From Negaprion brevirostris (taxonomy: Eukaryota): a stretch of 64,000 nt of DNA. Under the pieces are notes generated by a model. That model worked only from the letters and a program-made list of their open reading frames with translations. It did not search any database and was not told the DNA's origin. The stretch spans positions 94,977,141-95,041,140 of the forward strand of contig JARDVH010000059.1 in NCBI GenBank assembly GCA_030324005.1, read 5' to 3'. Of this stretch, positions 1 through 11,863 are shown in pieces. Within the stretch, counting starts at the first letter, position 1. Each line of letters opens with the position of its first letter. Both the position numbers and the translations under genes were made by a program.

Positions 1-60
1 CCTCCTCCTCCTCCTCTGCTGTCCTTCCCCTCCTCCTCCTCCGCCGCTGTCCTTCTGCTG
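1..60. repeat. (CCT)n-rich low-complexity tract
   Basis: cctcctcctcctcctc...cctcctcctcctccgccg read directly. Confidence 0.85.
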
Positions 61-379
61 CATCTGTGCACTTAACTCTTTTCTCCCTCCCCAATAGCCA
101 CTTGCTTCATGCTGGTATTGCTCGTCCATTTTCTGGGCACCTTCAGCTGTGTTGTGGGTAACCAACTGTTTTATTTATTCTTCCTTCCATGATTCTGATG
201 GATCTATGTGTAGAAGTGTGGTGTATTGTTTTTGCTGGGAGGTAAAAGGGCTGTAAAGTATGCATGTAGAATCATGACTGTTTATGATGAAGCTATTATA
301 ACTGAAAACTTTAGCGGAGCTTCTCGCTACAACATACTGATTACAGTTTATATCTTGTTTCTTGTTTACATTGCTTCAG

Positions 380-491
380 GTTGTGAAAACAGGTGGGACA
401 CCAAAGATTCCAGACTGTTTCCAGCGCACCCCTAAAAAGCTGACTATCCCAGACAAAGCAGAGATCCTTGCAGTGAATGTGGATTCCAAGG
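380..491 (+). CDS. UBR5: UBR5 exon VVKTGGTPKIPDCFQRTPKK...VNVDSK
   Basis: ttcag|GTT ... AAGG|gtaagt; phase 0-1. Confidence 0.95.
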
Positions 492-863
492 GTAAGTGCA
501 ACAGCTGCCCTTGTACTCTATAAATCTAACAGTATCGTTGTGGCTTATAATTGTAAAGAAAATGGTAGACTTGTGTTGTCATTGTGGCGTTTTGCTTCAG
601 ATTTCAGCTGCCTTCTAGCACCTTGTTGAAACCAGCATACATCATCCGCAAACTTGCAAATCATTGCTGTTTATTTAAAAAATTCATTTGTATGCTTTAA
701 TTGAATTAGTGTATGATCAAAATAACAAAGTAATTTACTTAACAAGGCTTAATCTGTAATTTGGACCCATTATTTGCTAAGGTAACTGCGGGATGGGATG
801 TTTAAGAGATGGCCACCCAACAGATGTCTGATCTCCTCATGTCTATTGTAACTACTCTACCAG

Positions 864-1018
864 GTGTTCATACTGTGCTGAAGACGGGTAGCTGGGTACG
901 CTACTGTATCTTTGATCTAGCTACAGGGAAAGCTGAACAGGAGCATAACTTTCCTACAAGTAGTGTTGCCTTCCTTGGCCAGAATGAGCGCAATGTGGCA
1001 ATTTACACAGCTGGGCAG
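864..1018 (+). CDS. UBR5: UBR5 exon GVHTVLKTGSWVRYCIFDL...IYTAGQ
   Basis: accag|GT ... CAG|gtatgt; phase 1-0. Confidence 0.95.
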
Positions 1019-1291
1019 GTATGTTGTATTTCAATTTTTGATTGCTTCATAAATGCTAATCCAGTAACATGATCAGTTACATTGGTGGTTGTTGCAGGAC
1101 AAGCAAGCCACAGGCTGTACATTCAGATCCCATCAGGGTAGGCTGTGAGCCTGAACTCAATTAATATTGTAATTTTGAATGCAAAATAACCATAAGAGCA
1201 CCAGGATTGTTGTTAAAAACTGAATTCATTCTTGATCTCTTTCGGAGAACAGAATCTACTCCCTGGTGAAGCATACATGTGTTTCTAATCT

Positions 1292-1895
1292 CCTGTGTGG
1301 AAGGCGTGGAAAGTCTGAAGAGAGATCTGGATAGGCTGCGTGAGTGGGCGAGGACCTGTCAGATGGAGTCTAATGTTAGCAAATGTGAGGTTATCCACTT
1401 TGGTAGAAATAATTGGAGGAGGGATTATTATTTAAGGGGTGAAAAGCTGCAGCATGCTACGGTGCAGAGGGACCTGGGGGTCCTTGTGCACGAATCGTAA
1501 AAGCCCAGTCTGCAGGTGCAGCAGGTGATCAAGAAGGCGAATGGAATGTTGGTCTTTATAGCGAGGGGGTTAGAATATAAAAGCAAGGAGGTCTTGCTGC
1601 AACTGTACAGGGCACCGGTGAGGCCGCAACTGGAGTACTGTGTGCAGTTTTGGTCGCCGCATTTGCGAAAGGATATATTGGCCTTGGAGGGAGNNNNNNN
1701 NNNNNNNNNNNNNNNNNNNNNNNNNNNNNNNNNNNNNNNNNNNNNNNNNNNNNNNNNNNNNNNNNNNNNNNNNNNNNNNNNNNNNNNNNNNNNTGGAACT
1801 GATCCACTTCAGATCAGCCATGATCTTGTTGAATGGTGGGGCCGGCTCGAAGGGCTAGATGGCCTACTCCTCCGATTTCTTATGTTATGTTCTTA
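1292..1895 (+). mobile_element. CR1-type LINE, 5'-truncated, gapped
   Basis: ORF2 C-terminal motifs DLDRLREWA..QME.NVSKCEVIHFG and RPQLEYCVQFWSP; 3' tail ggcctactcc..ttcttatgtt. Confidence 0.9.
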
Positions 1896-2169
1896 CGTTG
1901 ATGCATAATTAGTCTTAATGACCTTGGAGCAGCTAGTGATGAATAAAAAAAATTCTTTGCCTGTGTTGCCTGTAACTGATGAACAAAATATTCATAAAAA
2001 CCTGTATGTTTCATTTTCTTCACTTGATCGTGTTCTTTGTCCATGTAATTTAGTTGCTGGAATTAATTCAATAGCATTGTTTCTTAAAAAATCTGAGCCC
2101 CTATGTTTTAATAGATTACGGTCTTTCATTCAATGTAGAGATTTGAGTTTGCTCATATTATAAATACAT

Positions 2170-3070
2170 AAAAGTTAACATGCAAGCAATTAGGAAGGCA
2201 AATGTCACGCTGGCCTTTAGTGCAGGAGGATTGGAATACAAATACAAGAGGATTGGACTACAAGAGTGATGTCTTGCTGCATTCACACTCACTTTATCTC
2301 TGATGTTCAGCTCTTGTCTGTTTTAACCAAGGCTGTAATGGGATCAGGAGCTGAGTGACCCAGACGGAACTCAAACTGAGAGTCAGTGAGCAGGTTATTG
2401 CTAAGCGAGTGCTGTTTGGTAGCTGAGTCTGGTGATTAGGATGTGGGCAGCACAATTTTAATTCGCCTCCAGTTTATGAAGCATAGAATATGGAAACCAG
2501 CCAGGAGTGCATTTGAATAGCTGAGTCTGGTGATTGTAGAGACGTGAGTTATGCACAGTCTTGGTCCCCTTATTTGAGCAAAGATGTAGTGGCATTGGAG
2601 GCATTTCAGCAAGGTTCACTAGATTGATTCCAGAGATTGGGGAGGGTTTTCGTATGAAGAGAGATTGAATGGTTTAGGCTGGAATTTAGAAGAACAAGGG
2701 GAGATCAAATTGAGGTATACAAGATGGCAAAAAGTATGGATAAAGTAGATGTAGAGAGGATGCTCTCTCTTGTGGGGCATTCTCGAACAAGAGGTCAAAT
2801 CCTTAGGCTAAGGGATAGCAAATTTAAAACAATTGAGGAGAAACTACTTCTCCCAAAGGATTGTGAATCAGTGGAATTCGATACCCCAAAGTGGTGGATG
2901 CTGGGACAATGAGTAAATGTAAGGAGCAGTTAGACAGATTTTTAATTGGTAATGGGTTGAAGGGTTGTGGGGCGAATGCAGGAAAATTAGGATGAGAACC
3001 ATATCATCCAAGATCAAATAGTGGAGCAGACTCGATGGGCCAAATGGCATAAATTTGCTCCATAACTTAC
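2170..3070 (+). mobile_element. Decayed CR1 3' region, interrupted at about 2285-2545
   Basis: RGLEYK-like and cagtcttggtccccttatttg pieces; 3' UTR ending gactcgatgggccaaatggc. Confidence 0.75.
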
Positions 3071-3084
3071 GAAATTATGAATAA

Positions 3085-3810
3085 GGTTCTTTGCAGCAGA
3101 TAGGCTGAGGTGGACGATGTTATGAAGATGGGTCTTGGGATCAAATATGGTACCAAGGCTGTAACCAAATTGGGTTTAGTCTGATTATTGCCAAGGAGAG
3201 GGATGGGGTTGGGAGCTAGGGAATGGAATTTGGACCAGGGACGTAACATAGTGACTTAAGTCTTCCTGGTATTTAATTGAGGAAATTTCTNNNNNNNNNN
3301 NNNNNNNNNNNNNNNNNNNNNNNNNNNNNNNNNNNNNNNNNNNNNNNNNNNNNNNNNNNNNNNNNNNNNNNNNNNNNNNNNNNNNNNNNNNNNNNNNNNN
3401 NNNNNNNNNNNNNNNNNNNNNNNNNNNNNNNNNNNNNNNNNNNNNNNNNNNNNNNNNNNNNNNNNNNNNNNNNNNNNNNNNNNNNNNNNNNNNNNNNNNN
3501 NNNNNNNNNNNNNNNNNNNNNNNNNNNNNNNNNNNNNNNNNNNNNNNNNNNNNNNNNNNNNNNNNNNNNNNNNNNNNNNNNNNNTTAAAAAGCTGGTCGG
3601 CGCAACATCGTGGGCCGAAGGGCCTGTTCTGCGCTGTAATGTTCTATGTTCTATGTTCTATCCAGTGTTTGATGTCTGAAGAGCATTTTGATAACGCAAC
3701 AGTGGTTAAAATTGAGTGAAGGTGAAACAGTAGTTCTTTGGTGTCATCAGTGTACATGTGAAAATAATCCTACTTTCGGATGATATCACGGACGGCAGTA
3801 TGGAGATGAG
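3085..3810 (-). mobile_element. Old L2-type LINE RT fragment, split by a CR1 insertion and gap
   Basis: Minus strand reads FHMYTDDT (degenerate YADD) near 3740-3765 and a VRNLGVIFD-like segment near 3135-3180. Confidence 0.6.
3586..3660 (+). mobile_element. CR1 3' terminus with (TTCTATG)n tail
   Basis: ggtcggcgcaacatcgtgggccgaagggcctgttctgcgctgtaatgttctatgttctatgttct; same tail at 30848-30907 and, reversed, at 63931. Confidence 0.85.
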
Positions 3811-3999
3811 CATTTGGAATCTCACAAGCAGTAACTTGGCTTAGGAGTCAATTATGAGAGGGAGTAAAGTAGCCAATCAAACCATTGGAGAAGGCTCACT
3901 GGACCAGATTGTTTATTGCACATCATTTTCATGTATCACTGTTCCAAAACAATGAAAGTTTGTCATTCGTCCTGTGAGGCATCTGTTTTTTATTTTTGT

Positions 4000-4450
4000 A
4001 AGTGCAGTCATTCATGGAATGCGGCTAGCAAGGCCAGCATTTATTGTCCATGCCTGATGACCTTTGAGAACAAGTTGGTGAAATGCTGCAGCGTACTGTT
4101 GGGGAGTTCCAGAATTTTGACTCAGTGGCAAGGAAGTGATACATTCCCAAGCGAAGGTAGTGTGTGACTTTAATGGTAACTTGAAGATGATGTTCCTCTG
4201 TCCCTGCTATTCTCCTAAATAGCTGAGGTAGCAAATTTCGAAGCTGCATCTTATAAATAAACGTGCTGAAGTCATGTTGATGTATGGGATGCTAATCAAT
4301 TGTATGTTTTGTCCTGGATAATGTTGATCTTTGAGTGTTGTTGGAGCTGATTTGTCTCGACGAGTGGAGAGCATTCATCACACTGTTAACCGGGGCTTTG
4401 GTGGTGATGGAAGTTCTTTGGGAAGTCAGGAAGTGAGCCAGAATAGTCAT
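4000..4450 (-). mobile_element. Decayed 3' part of a second CR1-clade LINE family
   Basis: ttcatgg..gctagcaaggccagcatttattgtcca..; reverse complement of the tail at about 50800-50900; related copy at 38315-39050. Confidence 0.6.
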
Positions 4451-4823
4451 AAAATTTGTTTTGGTAGTAACATGCTAATATTGTTGGACAATGGGACAAG
4501 CTTGATTATGGAAAATTATTTTTCTCCTCTGCAGGTAAGAATATTTAGCTAATGTGCATGGATAGAAACTTGACATTTGCATTAATTTGTTGAGTTATCA
4601 GTTAGAGCAAAACTGATTCAACAATTAATGAGTTTAAATAATAGTCAAAATGTAATTTGTGTTTATCCCTGATGAGCAGTACTTTCCTGGATGATTGGAC
4701 ATTGGCTAGGCTTGAACCAGTTGTGTAGGTTTTCTGACAGCTTTTTGTAATGATCCTTTCAGCAAATTGTGTTGATGTTCAAGGTGATCAATTTGAATGT
4801 GTAGTGCATAAGGCCTTATATCA

Positions 4824-5153
4824 AATCATAGAACCCTACAGTGCAGAAAGAGGCCCTTCTGCACTGACCACAATCCCATCCAGGCCCTACCTCCACATCC
4901 TACATATTTTACCCGCTAATCCCTCTAACCTAAGCAGTTTACGACACTAAGGGACAATTTTAGCATGGCNNNNNNNNNNAACCTAACCCGCACATCTTTG
5001 GGCTGTGGGAGGAAACAGAAGCACCCAGAGGAAACCCGCTCAGACACCAGGAGAATGTGCAAACTCCACACAGACAGTGACCCAAACCGGGAGTTGAACC
5101 CAGGACCCTGGAGCTGTGAAGCAGCAGCGCTAACCACTGTGCTACTGTGCTGC
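4824..5153 (-). mobile_element. tRNA-derived HE1/V-type SINE
   Basis: Reverse complement shows an A box (cagtggttagc), B box (gggttcaactccc), central ctgtgtggagtttgcacattctcc domain and a CR1-like tail. Confidence 0.88.
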
Positions 5154-5559
5154 ATTATTTCAGCCTTCATAGTGCTGATTACATTGGAGGTTGAAATAGT
5201 GAAGATGACCAATTGTGTTCCTTATTGAATATAGGGAATGTTTTTTTTCTGAATTTTTATTTTGAATATTAAGATGAATCAAAAGAAATTCTATTTTCGT
5301 ACACAAGGTTCTTGTGCCATGACCACTGTCTAGTGATTGTTCAGTTGTTCCCATTTCTTTTTTACTTGCTGCCTTGTGGTGATACAAGCCAAATAGACGA
5401 TGTTAGGCTCCAAATGACAACGCCCAGTTATATATCTGTACCATCCTGCTTAATGTATTCACTGGCTTTGTGTTGTTCAACTAGTCCAACATGGAGTTTT
5501 GGTGAGATAAAACTTCAATTAAAAATGGATGGACCCAAACCATTTTTGTTCATCTTTTC

Positions 5560-6320
5560 CTCCCCGTCCCCAAAGGATTTTTGCCCTTGCCACTGATTCC
5601 ATTACTCTTTTGCTCCATTGCCACTGGTTCCATCTGCCTTGACCTCTGCAGAAGACAAAACCAGACTGTTCTCAGTGACTGAATTCTTGTTGTCCCTGAA
5701 CTGAGCTTCTGACTCCATATCCTCTTGTTCACAAAGGCTGCCCTTTTCCACATCTACAATCTCCCGCCTCTCTCCTATCTCAAGTTATGCTCCATTTAGT
5801 TACCTTCAGACTCTAATTACAATGCTTTCATGGGCAATCTCCTTTCTTCATGATACATAAACTTCAACATCCAAAACTTGGCTGCTACGTGCTCTGACCT
5901 GCACCAAGTACTGCTCAATTATCACCTCTGTATTTGCTGACTGACATTGCATCCAAGTCCACCCAAATTACAATTTAAGATGCTTCATGAACTTGCCCGT
6001 CCATATTTCTGTAAACTCTCGAACTCTATAATCCTCTGACTCTAGTCCCTTGAACACACTCCTATTCCTTGTGCATACTCCACTCATTTACCTCTCAGTT
6101 GAGGACTGTATATTCAGCTACTTGAGCTTCAAATTCTACAAGTTCCTGCTTAACTCTCTCTGCTTCTCCACTTCTTCCATGATGCTCCTTACCCCACTGC
6201 TTCCCTTTGACCAAGCTTTCAGTTGTCGAATTTAATATATTTTTCTCTGGCTCAGTGTGTATCCTTGGACGTATTCCTAGTTTAAAGGTGCTATATAAAT
6301 GTGAGCTCCTGAGCCATTGA
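5560..6320 (+). mobile_element. Old L2-type LINE 3' portion
   Basis: Degenerate IQN.AA..LT segment; ends in aaaggtgctatataaatg, an L2-type tail. Confidence 0.6.
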
Positions 6321-6864
6321 CATTCCTGCTGTTGTAGTTTGTGTTGCACTTCCTACTCTGAGTTAAAGGTGTTTGGAGATTGGTGGTATGGAAGGTTGCT
6401 TGATTAATTGGGTGACATAAGAGGTTGGTGTCGCCATATAATTACATTCCTTTTCCCTACCAAAGGGATGATGGCACCACTTTTTCATAAGTAGAGGCTG
6501 GAACTCAAAGTGTAGCTACGTGTTGAGTAGAAAATCTAATATTTTCTGATGATGAACAAACACTTTTTAAACTTGTTGGATTTAGACCTAACGTTGGTTT
6601 GTGGGTAGCAAAGAATCGCGAGGTAATTTATTATCTTACTGTAGATCTGAAGGCTGCTTAATAAAACCAGTGTCCAGAAGTTGCAGCTATGCTGTGACAA
6701 TTGATGTGTGCATTGATCAGTGTTGATTGCGAATATTGACAGAAAAAGGTGTCGATAGACAGGGGGTACGGATAACCACATTGCAGGTCGTATGTGACAT
6801 CAGTTAAAGATTTTTATTTTAACAAGTATTTGTATATTTTAAAAAGTTAAATTTTTAATACACA

Positions 6865-7123
6865 GGGCAGCACAGTGGTTAACACTGCTGCCTCAATTCA
6901 ATTCCCAGCTTAGGTTACTGTCGGCTGACTCTACATGTTTTCCCTGTTTCTACATGGGTTTCTTCCCATAGTCTGGAAGGTGTGCAGGTTGGGTGCATTA
7001 GCTATGCTAAATTTCCCTCAGTGTGCCTGAGCAAGGCCCCAGAGTATGATGACTGGGGGATTTTCACAGTAACTTAATCGCAGTGTTAATGTAAGCCTAC
7101 TTGTGACACTAATAAATAAACTT
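6865..7123 (+). mobile_element. V-type SINE with a non-CR1 3' tail
   Basis: gggcagcacagtggttaacactgctgcctca head, V-domain remnant, tail ..gtaagcctacttgtgacactaataaataaactt. Confidence 0.75.
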
Positions 7124-7504
7124 AAGCTATACTGTTGCCTTTTGGGAAAATGATTCATTTTCTTAACCTTGTGCCATGCTTGCACAAATTCAGCTGCACA
7201 TTACTATTCAGAAAGGAGCTTTGAAGAGTTAGCTTGGTTTTGTGAAAATAATAAGTTTGAGCTAAGAGTGAGAGGTCATAGCTAACCTGGCCAGTGTAAC
7301 ATAACTTGTTCAGTTATCTAAGCCTGCATGATCTGCTTCAATTTTTAGCCTTGATATGTATATTTCATAGCTTAGGTGTGTTTGTGATGAGGGCAGTTGA
7401 CAAGCTATCAGAATTGGCTATGAATTATGTGAATTCTGGGGAAAATCATGTCGATTGCATATTTGAGAATGCATTTCTGATTTGCATATTTTTATTATTT
7501 TTAG

Positions 7505-7702
7505 GAATCTCCCATTATCTTAAGGGATGGAAATGGCACAATCTATCCAATGGCTAAAGATTGCATGGGTGGAATTCGTGATCCTGACTGGTTAGATCTC
7601 CCACCAATTACTAGCCTCGGAATGGGGATTCATTCTTTGACAAATCTTCCTGCAAATTCATCCATTAAGAAGAAAGCAGCTGTCATAGTAATGGCTGTAG
7701 AG
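7505..7702 (+). CDS. UBR5: UBR5 exon ESPIILRDGNGTIYPMAKD...VMAVE
   Basis: tttag|GAA ... GAG|gtaggt; 198 nt, phase 0-0. Confidence 0.95.
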
Positions 7703-8289
7703 GTAGGTTGATCAGCTTAAGGTTGAATATCCCACATTTACAAAGGTATTTTTGCTTCATCACTTGTGTTTATGAACTAAATATTAATTAGTATAACATA
7801 GCCTTATTTGAATGTCATATACCACATGTAATTATTGGCTGAACCAGTGTTAGTGGGGAAAGGCAAACTAGGCTTTGCAAGTGTACTTGAGTAATTTTCA
7901 ACATTGTCCTTATTTTTGTGTACGATACTTTTGGTCGTTGATTTGGCAATGCAAATCTATTCATATGCACTGAATTCAATCACTTTTCCGCACTGTAAGA
8001 CCTCAAATCAAATCTCCTCACTTGTCAAGAGAAAACGTTTTGACATTGGTGAGACCATGTTTGGAGCATTGTGAACAGTTTGAATCTCCACAGAGCATTG
8101 AAAAAAGTGCAAAAAGAAGCCACAAAGTTGTCACAGTACTGAGAAGTCTCCAGGAAAGTCCAAACAGGATGAGGCTGTTTTTGGCTGGAAAAAAGACAAC
8201 TGAGAGATTATGGTTTTTAAATTCACAAGGGGGTTTGGCAGGGTAGATGTATGTTGTACGCTTTATGTAATATTTGACACCGAGCTACA

Positions 8290-8730
8290 TAGAGAGGATA
8301 GGACAGGTAACCAAAAGTTTGATCAAAGAACTAAGTTTTAAGGATTGGCTTAAAGGTAAAAGAGTTGCAAAGATTTAGGAAGGAAATTACACAGCGTGGG
8401 CTGAGACGCCTAAAGATATAGTCACTGAAGGTGAAATGGTTTTTAAAAAGAGCTGGTGATCTGCAAGAGTCCAGAACTGGAACAAAGAGATCTGAGAATG
8501 TTAGGGCAGAAGATGGATAGAATGAGAGGTGAAGCCTTGGAGAGATTTGAAAGCAAGGATGACATTTTAGGAGTAAAGCCATTGTTGGATTGGAGCCTGT
8601 ATTTGTTTAGTACACAACAGGGTTGATAGATAAATGTGATTTGGTGTGAATTAAGATGCACGCAGCACAGTTTTGAATGAGCTCAAGCTTGGGGGCAGCC
8701 AGGAGAGCATTGGCATTTATCTTAATGATG
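8290..8730 (-). mobile_element. Old L2-type LINE fragment
   Basis: Minus ORF NANALLA..KLELIQNCAACILIHTKSHLSINPV resembles the L2 ORF2 C-terminus. Confidence 0.6.
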
Positions 8731-9461
8731 AATATAATTGGAGAAAATTTCTTCCAATTTTGGAACCTACGCATGGATGTTTTTTTTAAATCCTGTGCAA
8801 GACCCAAAGGGGAGCATTTTGCTTTGATTTACTGGGTATCCCCTGCAAATCAGTATTCTTAAATATTATGCCAGTTAAAACTTTTATGTTAAAAGGTTGT
8901 TACTGAAGTTTAAAAACTAGCACTCTTGGCAATTGATAGAAATTAAAAAGAGAAGATAACTTATATTCAACAATTAAATAGATCATTATTCAGGACTTTT
9001 AAGAAAAGTGGTGGAATTGTTAGTTCTATTGCAGCTTTTTTATATAGTTTTTTAACATAAAATTAGTGGAAATATCATCATTTAAAGATGTTTTTACTTA
9101 TTTTATTTCCAAATTGATTGTTTTTAAAATGTAAAAAAAATGTTCTTTTAGTTCTTTAAGGGCATAATGTTAGGCTTTTAAAAAAAACCTTGTGTGGAGA
9201 TTGTAATAAAACATTGCATACAGCAAAGTTTACAAATACCACTTGCGGTGTACACTACTTATTCATTGTACGAAAGATGAATTAAGAAGGTTCAATGGTA
9301 CTGAAAGAAATCTTCAGTTTATACATTGTACAAAAAGGGCAGAGAAATTTAGCTACGTGAGTGTGTATGTTAGATATTCTGAACTAGGACAATTGCCATG
9401 CTGCTATGAATACTGTGAGCAAAATCTGTCAACATAATTAATCTTGATTTTCTGTCTACAG

Positions 9462-9672
9462 AAGCAAGCATTAATGCAGCACATATTGCGATGTGATTAT
9501 GAAGCTTCCAGGCAGTACTTGATGAATCTTGAGCAGGCTGTTCTATTAGAACAAACACCGCAAGCACTGAATACATTCTTAAGCAATCGATGTGATGGAA
9601 ATCGTAACGTTTTACATGCCTGTGTCTCTGTCTGTTTTCCCACAAGCAATAAAGAGACAAAGGAGGAAGAAG
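9462..9672 (+). CDS. UBR5: UBR5 exon KQALMQHILRCDYE...NKETKEEE
   Basis: tacag|AAG ... GAAG|gtgaat; phase 0-1. Confidence 0.95.
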
Positions 9673-10715
9673 GTGAATTAAAACTGTTCATATGATTTGT
9701 TATTTGAAGGTGAAGCTTTTTTGTGAATGTAGAACTAAACGTTTTAGAAATATTGATACTCTAAAGATTGGTTTGTTTTGATGCCTGTCAAGTTCCATCA
9801 GTCAGTTGAAAAATGATATGCATTAAATATGGATAGCATTTTAGTGCACGTGAGGAGGAAAGTCTGACCAGTTTTGGACGTATCAGAGTTATGTGACGCC
9901 CCTGAAGGATGTGGAGATAGTGTGGGAAAGTAAAGTAGAATACCAGCCATGGTTACATTAAATGGCTGAGCAGACTCCCACGGCTGAATGTTCTACTCTG
10001 CTCTATTTCTTGTTTCCGTACTACTACTGCAATGAGGGATTCGAGTGGAAAGCATTTTATTTTCTAACTGTTTGCTTAATGAATGAAAAATCAAAATTTG
10101 ACATTATCATCTTGAGTGAGTGAAGATCACAGTTTCTTCAACATTTGTTGTCCCTCAGTTATCAGGATGGGAGCATTTTCAATTTGGCTTCTCTCCTTCC
10201 ACTTAATTGTTCAGCCTCTTGAGTCGCAGGCATGGTTAAGGAGATTGTGACATTCCACGNNNNNNNNNNNNNNNNNNNNNNNNNNNNNNNNNNNNNNNNN
10301 NNNNNNNNNNNNNNNNNNNNNNNNNNNNNNNNNNNNNNNNNNNNNNNNNNNNNNNNNNNNNNNNNNNNNNNNNNNNNNNNNNNNNNNNNNNNNNNNNNNN
10401 NNNNNNNNNNNNNNNNNNNNNNNNNNNNNNNNNNNNNNNNNNNNNNNNNNNNNNNNNNNNNNNNNNNNNNNNNNNNNNNNNNNNNNNNNNNNNNNNNNNN
10501 NNNNNNNNNNNNNNNNNNNNNNNNNNNNNNNNNNNNNNNNNNNNNNNNNNNNNNNAAATTCATGAGTTTAAGTGATGACATTTCAGAAAATCTGTATTGG
10601 TGAATGATGTGATCTAAAATGAATTCTTTCAGATGTATTCTTTGGTCTTGCTTGTTCTATTCCTTTTGTATTATTGTTACTGAGACCTAGTGACTTAAGT
10701 ACTTCTGTCCCACAG

Positions 10716-10842
10716 AAGCAGAGCGCTCTGAGAGGAATACATTTGCGGAAAGATTATCAGCAGTTGAGGCCATTGCAAATGCAATTTCAGTGGTGTCGAG
10801 TAACAGCAGTGGGAACAGGACTGGGCCATCCAGCAGTCGCAG
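10716..10842 (+). CDS. UBR5: UBR5 exon EAERSERNTFAERLSAVEAIANA...SSR
   Basis: cacag|AA ... CGCAG|gtaagt; phase 1-2. Confidence 0.95.
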
Positions 10843-11466
10843 GTAAGTGCACATATAAAGATAAGCTGTTCTAGTTGCTAGACATTACCTTGGTGCCCGT
10901 TATCCAAATGCAGTCTCGGCCTGAAATACCCTCCCAGATGGAAGCCCCTGGAAGCCGGAGCTCTGACTGAATATTTTCATTGTGGGTGGGGGTGAGAAGC
11001 TGGGGTACAAAGGCAACTTGTGCCAATTATTATTGGGGTGGTTGAAAGATAGCTGTTGAGTAGTTACAAGGGTAATTTTCTACTTTATTAATTGGAGCTT
11101 CAGGTTTCCAAATTAAATTGAATGCATTGGTGTTAGCTTCTGGAAAGAAAGGCAGCTCTTGCAGTGCATGCATTCCAAAGTTTGTGAGTGCATTAATGCT
11201 GAAGCTGTATCAATCTGGTTAATAAACTGCTTTACCCACTAGGATGAAAGTTATGCTAAAATGATTCCAGCTTTTCACTTAATTTTCAATGTATATATTG
11301 CGTAGTTAGAATTTTATATATGTAACAGCTGGTTTACTTTTTAGTAAAACCCAGTGATCTAGGTGTCCCTAGCTAATGATTGTAGCAGCTAACTGCATCA
11401 TGGTAGGAAATGAGATTATATTTAACCCCAAAATAAATAATATGTTCCACTAATTTCTCCATCCAG

Positions 11467-11618
11467 TTTAAGATTGCGTGAGATGATGAGGCGCTCACTA
11501 AGAGCAGCGGGCTTGGGACGGCATGAATCCGGTGCTTCATCCAGTGACCATCAGGATCCAGTTTCTCCCCCCATTGCTCCGCTTAGCTGGGCACCGGATC
11601 CACCTGCAATTGATCCAG
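11467..11618 (+). CDS. UBR5: UBR5 exon SLRLREMMRRSLRAAGLGRHE...PAIDP
   Basis: tccag|T ... CCAG|gttaat; phase 2-1. Confidence 0.95.
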
Positions 11619-11863
11619 GTTAATGTTTCCTGATTTTATAACAAAATAATTTGCTGAATGCTAGATTTTGGTTAAAGTTGTAGCAAGAGAATTTGAAGAG
11701 TAATTTCACCATGAAATTGTGTTAGATATTAGTGTGCATTTGCAAAGTAGGCAGACACCTTGGACAGCTACTTATAGGTGCATTTGCTGAGAAGGTAAAA
11801 TGGCCGTATTCCCTTTCAGTGCAAGCTCATATGTTCAGTTATAGAAGATTTGTGTGACTTGCA

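Noticed and set aside
1936-1978. C-box-like GTGATGA with downstream CTGA (possible intronic snoRNA)
   Set aside because: Too short, no terminal stem and no recognisable guide; no convincing snoRNA seen elsewhere.
3277-3588. Long ORFs made mostly of X (also 10162-10603, 21140-21688, 31722-32235)
   Set aside because: Artefacts of translating N gaps.
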